A DNA stretch of 40,616 nt. Origin: an uncultured Pirellulales bacterium. Lineage in GTDB: Bacteria > Planctomycetota > Phycisphaerae > Sedimentisphaerales > Anaerobacaceae. Position 1 is the stretch's first letter. Every line of letters begins with the position of its first letter. Location: contig CAZNXD010000001.1 in assembly GCA_964576935.1 (NCBI GenBank), positions 1 to 40,616 on the forward strand. Reading direction: 5' to 3'. Both the position numbers and the translations under genes were made by a program. Of the stretch, positions 34,608 through 40,616 are shown piece after piece. The notes under the pieces are model-generated. The model saw nothing but the letters and a program-made list of their open reading frames with translations. It had not been told where the DNA came from and ran no database searches.

Positions 34608-34872
34608 GGTAATACTCAGGGACAAGGAAATAATAGGAGACTGGGACTCGTACTCTGTAAGGAAGGAGGTAATACCTTCTGGTGCGTGTATAGCCACATA
34701 CCTAGAACTCAAGGGGAGGGAGGGTACAGCCAACTTCAAGTGGGACGAGGTAGTAGCCTGGTTCCAAGCAGACTCATTTGACACTGTGCCTATGGTACCG
34801 GAATCCCCGGTAGTAGACAAGGCGACTACTGACATTGTTAAGGACATAGAAGTTAAAGGAAAGAAGGTATAG
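34600..34872 (+). CDS. Hypothetical protein, 90 aa
   Basis: AAGGAGGAG RBS. Confidence 0.65.
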   Translation: MIKVILRDKEIIGDWDSYSVRKEVIPSGACIATYLELKGREGTANFKWDEVVAWFQADSFDTVPMVPESPVVDKATTDIVKDIEVKGKKV

Positions 34873-34875
34873 AAT

Positions 34876-36480
34876 ATGATTAATCTTATATGGGGGAAGG
34901 AGGGCTCAGGGAAGTCTTCACTGGGGTTGACTTGGCCAAAGCCGCTGTTCCACATGGAACTTGACCTGGGAGGATTTGACAGGGCCTCGTGGAGGCTACC
35001 CAAAGATACAAGGATAAAGCGATGCGAGATTGGGGAGGACATTAAGGGTATCAATTGGGCAGACTGGGATATAGTTACCAAGCCGTATCCTATCCCTATG
35101 CAGCTGGAAAAGATGCTGGGCGCACAGACAGTCAAAGATGGGAACAAGGTGTCTATACGCTTTCCTAGGCGTGTTATTGGGTACAGGGAACTGTGGGAAG
35201 ATATTATCATGGACTATGTAACAGCCTGCCAGGTTTCTGGACTCAAGACTATAATGCCAGATTCCTTTACGCAACAGTGGAAAATCTGCCTGGCTCCAAG
35301 CACAAGGATACTCTACACAGACCTTACTTGGAGGGCGATAGGCGAGGCCAAAGTTGGGGACAAGCTCATAGGCTTTAGTGAATATATAGAGCCCACAGGA
35401 AGAAGACGTCTACGTGAATCTACCATAGAGGCAGTGAAGGAAAGGGTAAATTCGGCTTATAAAATACTGATGGACAATGGGGCATCTGTAATCGCTAGTA
35501 GAGAGCATCCTTGGCTTAAGGTAATGTCTGAGCGAATCTGGGACAGTCTGAGCCAAGCTTGGTTTCTCAAAGAGCAGTGGGTTATGACTGAATCTCTAAG
35601 AGTAGGAGATAGTCTTCGTTTTATGTGCAAACCTTGGGAGACAGATACATCATGGGAGGCAGGATACCTAGCAGGACTGTATGATGGGGAGGGCTGTGTA
35701 GATTCCCCGAAGGCACTAACACTATCCCAGAAATCAGACCCTGTAATTACATCACTAATTAGTGCTCTTGAGTCAAGAGGATTTGAGAGCAAAATGTACG
35801 ACAAGTCCAGCAAGGGTGGCTACACGATAAGAATACATAGTAAGGATGAGATACTTAGATTCCTAGGAAGTATAAGGCCATCAAGACTTTTACCAAGGGC
35901 TGCAGAAGTCTGGGGAGGTAGAACTGTCAATGGGGATAATCACCTTGCCACTATTGTTGGAATAGAGCCTGTTGAAACCACCGAACTTATAGACATTAAA
36001 ACAAGCACAGCTACATTCATAGCTGAGGGACTGTTCTCGCATAATTGTCATACGGCGCACCTGCAGGATAAGCAGGAGATTCAAATATCACAAGGTATGA
36101 AAGATACTGACAGTAAGTTCAGGGAGCGACTTACGCCTATGGAATTTCCTAATGATAAGATGAGGAGCTTTCTCTATACCTCAACAAGCTTCGGTAAGCA
36201 GCTGGTAATCACCCACTACCCTACGGATGTGTATGCTAATAAGGTTACGGATAAGGGGGTGGAGAGCTATGCTACAGGAGAGCTGACTCCAGAGGGCTTC
36301 AAACATACAAAGGAACTGGTGGATATAATTATCTGGACATACTCGGACAAGAACCAGCCAAGGGCAAAGATTGGGGATAAGTGCGGGCTTGCTGGTATGG
36401 GGATGTCTGCATGTGGACTGGAACTTCCCTATGCCTCCTATGAGGGGCTGATGGAACTGCAAGAAATATTGAGGGGGTAG
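34876..36480 (+). CDS. Sak4/AAA_24-like RecA-fold ATPase precursor interrupted by an intein (extein 281 aa)
   Basis: N-terminus LIWGKEGSGKSSLGLTWPKPLFHMELDLGG gives Walker A followed by the pkPlfid.E.G pattern. Walker B-like TIMPDS follows. The frame is continuous through the intein. Confidence 0.8.
   Translation: MINLIWGKEGSGKSSLGLTWPKPLFHMELDLGGFDRASWRLPKDTRIKRCEIGEDIKGINWADWDIVTKPYPIPMQLEKMLGAQTVKDGNKVSIRFPRRVIGYRELWEDIIMDYVTACQVSGLKTIMPDSFTQQWKICLAPSTRILYTDLTWRAIGEAKVGDKLIGFSEYIEPTGRRRLRESTIEAVKERVNSAYKILMDNGASVIASREHPWLKVMSERIWDSLSQAWFLKEQWVMTESLRVGDSLRFMCKPWETDTSWEAGYLAGLYDGEGCVDSPKALTLSQKSDPVITSLISALESRGFESKMYDKSSKGGYTIRIHSKDEILRFLGSIRPSRLLPRAAEVWGGRTVNGDNHLATIVGIEPVETTELIDIKTSTATFIAEGLFSHNCHTAHLQDKQEIQISQGMKDTDSKFRERLTPMEFPNDKMRSFLYTSTSFGKQLVITHYPTDVYANKVTDKGVESYATGELTPEGFKHTKELVDIIIWTYSDKNQPRAKIGDKCGLAGMGMSACGLELPYASYEGLMELQEILRG
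35287..36045 (+). mobile_element. Intein (253 aa) with a LAGLIDADG homing-endonuclease segment
   Basis: It begins CLAPSTRIL (Cys1). Block B-like ASREHPWL lies about 70 aa in. YLAGLYDGEGCV is the LAGLIDADG motif. It ends TFIAEGLFSHN, followed by the +1 Cys (codon 36046..36048). Confidence 0.85.
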
Positions 36481-36481
36481 G

Positions 36482-37042
36482 ATGATGGAAGCTAAAGACA
36501 CAGTGATAGAAGGTACTGATATAAGAATGTGGGTAGTGGGGACATTGATGAGTAGACGATATGGCACTGTGGAGAAACTTTCCACGGATGTTAGCGAGAA
36601 GTTGCGGGAACAAGCCGAGATATCCTTTAAGGCCGGTACAGAAGAAGCCTTTACTCGGTACAAAGAATCACCTGAATATAAACTGGATTTGATGAAAGCT
36701 AAGTCGGCGGGTATCAAGGAAGTGGTGGAGAGTCTGCGGGACTTGTGGACTGATGGGGCGATTACATTCTTAGATAGTGGCCCATTCAGAGGCAAGAAAC
36801 TGTGGGCTGTTCCTTATGAGTTATTTCAATCCAAATTAAAGGAGTGGGGAGTGAAGATGGAAAGTAGATACAGCGACAGCACCCCGGTACAATGTACTGC
36901 CTGTGGCTGGGAGGGGCAAGTCATGGACTGTATTCATACCTTCGAGCTAGTCTCTTATGGCGAGGATGTACATGCTATGGACTTATGCCCGGCCTGTAGA
37001 TGTGACAGTCTGAAGGAAATAGAGGAAGAAGAATGCTCTTAG
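36482..37042 (+). CDS. Hypothetical protein, 186 aa, with C-terminal zinc ribbon
   Basis: CTAC...CPACRC near the C-terminus. GAGGGGG RBS. Confidence 0.65.
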   Translation: MMEAKDTVIEGTDIRMWVVGTLMSRRYGTVEKLSTDVSEKLREQAEISFKAGTEEAFTRYKESPEYKLDLMKAKSAGIKEVVESLRDLWTDGAITFLDSGPFRGKKLWAVPYELFQSKLKEWGVKMESRYSDSTPVQCTACGWEGQVMDCIHTFELVSYGEDVHAMDLCPACRCDSLKEIEEEECS

Positions 37043-37854
37043 TAGATACGGCAGAACCAGAGGAGATAATCAATATGCTTCGTACCGTCACTACAGTAGA
37101 AGTCCTACCGCTCAACAATACGCAGCGGGCAGACTACTACTTTGGTGGGGAGGACGGAAGGACACGGCAATTTTGCAGGGTGCAGGCAGGAGAACTATTG
37201 GGCGGTATAGACAGCCAAGAGGACGAGCTGCGCCGCTACTATGAGTCTGCAGACGAGAATAACTTAATTATAGAGGGGCTGATAAGTGATGTTCCTCTAA
37301 CTCGCAAGGACAAGGGCATGGAGGCAGTAAGTGTGAGAATGGGGACTAGGCCAGCTACACTGTTTGCCTATAGGGTAGCACCGACTGGATTTATCTTTGG
37401 TGAACATGCGTTTAATGTAAGCTCTAGTCTGTACTATGCTTGGCTGTATCGACTGTACGATGCAGGGGTTCAAATATTCTGTACTGCGAACTACGTGGGG
37501 ACAGCGAAATGTCTGGCTGCAGTCTACCGAAATAGTCAACGCCCAGAAGAGGAGCACAATACGCTGAATCGCTACTTCATTCCTAGAATCAGTATGAGCG
37601 AGAAAGATGAGAATACGAGAAAGAGAGTATCAATACGGGAGCAAAACCCCTTCATTAGAAGCCTGATGGCACTTAGCCTAATTCACCATCTGGATATAGG
37701 GGAGAAGAAGGCTACAGTGCTGTACGAGGCTGGGTATAAGTCGCTGCTGGATATTGTCTACGCAAGTGAGAAGGAACTATGTGCAGTACCGGGGATAGGA
37801 AAGACTATTGCACAAGGGCTGCATAAGGCAATAGGGCTGGAAGGAGATATATAA
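37033..37854 (+). CDS. Helix-hairpin-helix DNA-binding protein with a possible ERCC4/XPF-like nuclease-fold N-domain
   Basis: The C-terminal LCAVPGIGKTIAQGL is a clear HhH (GIG) motif. The N-terminal LLVDTAEPEE...ADYYF...NLIIEGL resembles the ERCC4 layout, but the canonical ERK triad is not evident. Confidence 0.5.
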   Translation: MLLVDTAEPEEIINMLRTVTTVEVLPLNNTQRADYYFGGEDGRTRQFCRVQAGELLGGIDSQEDELRRYYESADENNLIIEGLISDVPLTRKDKGMEAVSVRMGTRPATLFAYRVAPTGFIFGEHAFNVSSSLYYAWLYRLYDAGVQIFCTANYVGTAKCLAAVYRNSQRPEEEHNTLNRYFIPRISMSEKDENTRKRVSIREQNPFIRSLMALSLIHHLDIGEKKATVLYEAGYKSLLDIVYASEKELCAVPGIGKTIAQGLHKAIGLEGDI

Positions 37855-38021
37855 TGGAGGAGGAAGAGAAAGAACATATGATAGCGCTGTATCTGGTGAG
37901 AGAACATACTGGGCAAGGTAATATGCTAGAAGACATGGTGCAAAGAATGGCCAGGACTAGACCACTCTCTGAGATGGCGCATGATATACTAGAATTAGTA
38001 AGAAGACTAGATAATATATAA
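37854..38021 (+). CDS. Small hypothetical protein, 55 aa
   Basis: TAATG overlap with the upstream stop. GGAAGGAGA lies upstream. It is below the track cutoff. Confidence 0.5.
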   Translation: MEEEEKEHMIALYLVREHTGQGNMLEDMVQRMARTRPLSEMAHDILELVRRLDNI

Positions 38022-38032
38022 GGAGGAAGATA

Positions 38033-38305
38033 ATGCCTATAGTACCTGGAATCGAAACTATTGTGAATCTGGTAGGAGAACCTCCGCCACTGTTAGAGTT
38101 GGAAAGAAAGGAAGTAGTTAAGCAACAGTACTTGCAGGAGTACTGGAATGGTAGATTTATAGCTATGATTCCGTACTGCTATTCCTGCAAAGTACCACTA
38201 GACTGGCATACTGCTCCCAGGGATAACTCTACTATGTTCAGTTGCCCAAATTGCAAGAGGATGTGGATAATGCTACCTGAAAAGAAGGAGAAGAAGAATG
38301 GGTGA
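38033..38305 (+). CDS. Zinc-ribbon protein, 90 aa
   Basis: TAAGGAGGA RBS. CYSC...CPNC pattern. Confidence 0.6.
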   Translation: MPIVPGIETIVNLVGEPPPLLELERKEVVKQQYLQEYWNGRFIAMIPYCYSCKVPLDWHTAPRDNSTMFSCPNCKRMWIMLPEKKEKKNG

Positions 38306-38498
38306 GAGCAAGCAGCCTCAGATTGGGATAGCTATATGTAGACGATGTGGAAGGGAAATGAGAGAAGTGAAGGACTGGGGATGCTATATAGTTGCTGGAG
38401 GCTATGCACTGTGTGAGAATTGCGCACCGGCTTACGTCTCTATAGTAAATAATAGGGCGAAGGAGGCTGACTATTATGTTAATCACAATGGCAAGTAA
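38298..38498 (+). CDS. Zinc-ribbon protein, 66 aa
   Basis: CRRC...CENC pattern. Confidence 0.6.
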   Translation: MGESKQPQIGIAICRRCGREMREVKDWGCYIVAGGYALCENCAPAYVSIVNNRAKEADYYVNHNGK

Positions 38499-38673
38499 GT
38501 TTCTCCTATGTGCAGGGACATGGCTATTGTCTGATGGTATCTATAGTTGGATACTATATCATAAGGCAATAAGCTATAATGGGGAGCACCAGAATTTCTG
38601 GAGAGACCACTGGATTAGATTAGTGAGGATAGTACTGGCCTGTGGAATAATAGGAGTAGGAGTAACTATATGA
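38476..38673 (+). CDS. Small membrane protein, 65 aa
   Basis: GAAGGAGG RBS and two hydrophobic segments. Confidence 0.55.
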   Translation: MLITMASKFLLCAGTWLLSDGIYSWILYHKAISYNGEHQNFWRDHWIRLVRIVLACGIIGVGVTI

Positions 38674-39473
38674 AAGAGTTTGCACCAGACTATAATCGAG
38701 ATGAGCAGGGGAGAGTATTGTTCCCTTCTGATACTAACTATCGTGCTAGTCTATTCCCAGCCCTAGACCCGACCACTCACGTAGCTAAGGCTAACCTGTG
38801 GATGGTGGAGGCACTAGTCAACTATGTGTCCGAACCGGGGGAGTCTATCCTCGACCCGTTTGCAGGGACAGGGACTATACTCTGCGGTATTCCGCTGGGG
38901 AGGGATGTTATCTGTATGGAACTGGAGGAGCCGTACCAGCGTATCATTGAGTCAAACATCCAGATGATGAAGATGGACTACCCGGATATAGACGACCATG
39001 CGCAGCTTATTCCGTGTGATAGTTTCAAGCTGCTGCCAATACCAGACTATTGCGACCATGCAGTATTCTCACCTCCTTATCCTATGGGCTTGAAGAAGAA
39101 GGGAACTATGGATAAGACTTCCCAAGACCTCGGCTATGCTAGTGCTACTGACTATAGTGCTAATCCTGACAACTTCACCAATCTCAATACGTTCCTGTAC
39201 CATCAGCGGATAGAGCTGTTCTATAAGAAGTGTTTGCAAACTATTCGACCTGGGGGGACTATGACTATTATCATTAAGGATAGGGTGGAGAAGGGGGAGC
39301 GAATGAACCAGCCGGACAGGACGGAAAGAGACTGTTTGAGATTGGGGTATGAACTAGTGGGGAGGAACAAGTGGTATGCTAGAGGGGGAGGATATACAGC
39401 AGTGAATAAGTTGAAGGGGCTAGAGACTGTGGATGAGGAAGACCTTATAACTTTACGGAGGCCAACACAATGA
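38670..39473 (+). CDS. DNA methyltransferase (N6-adenine or N4-cytosine class)
   Basis: The AdoMet motif I is ILDPFAGTGT, and the catalytic motif IV is VFSPPYP ([DNS]PP[YF]). Confidence 0.85.
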   Translation: MKEFAPDYNRDEQGRVLFPSDTNYRASLFPALDPTTHVAKANLWMVEALVNYVSEPGESILDPFAGTGTILCGIPLGRDVICMELEEPYQRIIESNIQMMKMDYPDIDDHAQLIPCDSFKLLPIPDYCDHAVFSPPYPMGLKKKGTMDKTSQDLGYASATDYSANPDNFTNLNTFLYHQRIELFYKKCLQTIRPGGTMTIIIKDRVEKGERMNQPDRTERDCLRLGYELVGRNKWYARGGGYTAVNKLKGLETVDEEDLITLRRPTQ

Positions 39474-40616
39474 CTGTCCGATACTATGGCCCTAATATAG
39501 CTACCAAGGAACTATTCAATAAGCAACTGGTGGAGTCTCCACCACCATTTGTAGCTATTGATGCGGAGACCATTAGCCTGAAGGAGAAACTACCAATAGG
39601 CTTTGCGGTAGCCACTGCACCTGACGAAGCCTGGTACTTCCAAACATACCCAGAGCTAGACCCGGAGATAGAGCTTATCAGGCCGCTGCTAGCTAATGGT
39701 AAGGTCAAGACGGTCTACCAGAACGCTATGTTCGATGTAAAGGCCTTACCTGCTGCCCTAACCGACTTCACCATAGATGATTCTAATATTGCCGATACGC
39801 TGGTCATGGCTCGGCTTTGTGGGGTAGCGAATGTGAAGCTAGGGGAACAGGCATCTGAGCAACTGGGAATTACACTGGAGAATGCTAGTAACCTAATGGC
39901 AAAGCATGGGGCAAAGGATATGTTAGGAGTTCCTACAGAGGAGGTAGCGAAGATGTGCGCTTCTCATGCTACTGCCACACTTCGGCTGTTCTTCCATTAC
40001 CTTCCCAATATGGATACTGAGTACTTCAAAGTAGAAATGGCAGCTATTCCTATCCTAGTAGACATGAGCCAGCGGGGATTAAAGATAGACCAGGAGTCGC
40101 TGCTTAGAGAAAGTGTGAGGCTAGAGGAATTGGTGGAGTACTACAGGAATATATGTAAGGAGCATGACTTCAATCCGGGCAGTCCCCAGCAAGTCGGCTA
40201 TATTATTGCTAAGCGAGGAACCTTCCTGCCTATGAATAAGAGTAAGAAGGGATATAGGACGGATGAGAAGGTACTGCAATTTGTAGATGACCCATTGGCT
40301 GCTGTAGTGCTGAACTATCGGGAGGCTAATACTCTTCTAACAAGATATGTTAGACCACTAATAGGTTTAGAAAGAGTATATACAGACTACTCCCTAGATA
40401 CGGTCATTGGGCGAACTACATCTTCCAAGGGAGGAGAAAAGGAGAAGACTAATCTGCAGAACTGGCCCCCGGAAATGCGCTATATATTCATGCCGGACAG
40501 TGGCACCTTTGTACACGGCGATTTTTCGCAAGAACATCTACGCATACTCATGCTGTTTTCGGGGGATAGAAAGATGCAGGAGATATATGCCCAGCCAATG
40601 TATCTGCCGGATGGAA
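39471..40616 (+). CDS. Family A DNA polymerase with 3'-5' exonuclease domain, N-terminal 382 aa (runs off the right edge)
   Basis: ATG 39471 follows GGAGG and overlaps the MTase stop. Exo I is VAIDAET and Exo II is YQNAMFDVKAL. Pol A motifs are FNPGSPQQVG, GRTTSS...NLQNWP and motif A GDFSQEHLRIL. The frame is open to position 40616. Confidence 0.9.

Noticed and set aside
1-40616. CRISPR arrays, a diversity-generating retroelement, an integrase/attachment site, or a toxin-antitoxin pair
   Set aside because: I saw no regularly spaced direct repeats. I found no reverse-transcriptase motif (YxDD) and no template/variable repeat pair near the fibre genes. No tyrosine or serine recombinase motifs were visible either.

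Overview
The window looks like most of a tailed-phage (or prophage) genome, split into two divergent arms at about 23.7-23.8 kb. No tail tube, sheath or tape-measure gene is visible, so it may be podovirus-like. The left arm (1..23662, minus strand) is a structural, packaging and lysis operon. In transcription order it holds an HTH/terminase-small-like protein, a tail fibre cluster, the large terminase and the portal. Next come a 2108-aa giant protein, an internal promoter, then scaffold, major capsid, small virion proteins and a 927-aa tail protein. It ends with a putative lysis cassette. The right arm (23840..40616, plus strand) holds early and replication genes. These include many tiny Cys-rich proteins, GIY-YIG and HNH nucleases, two RecA-fold ATPases (one interrupted by an intein) and a Cas4-like nuclease. 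An HhH protein, a DNA methyltransferase and the 5' part of a family A DNA polymerase complete it. I can read seven near-consensus sigma70-type promoters, all with a TGn extended -10, and one clean intrinsic terminator. I saw no tRNA, rRNA, CRISPR array, integrase, reverse transcriptase or phage RNA polymerase. The most unusual items are:
- an ADP-ribosyltransferase-like R/S/ExE signature inside the giant portal-adjacent protein;
- an intein with a single LAGLIDADG motif in a Sak4-like ATPase;
- a leaderless HTH gene at a divergent promoter pair separated by an AT-rich palindrome that recurs elsewhere;
- a receptor-binding-type protein made of three tandem domain copies.
All functional calls come from motif reading by eye. 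No database search was run.
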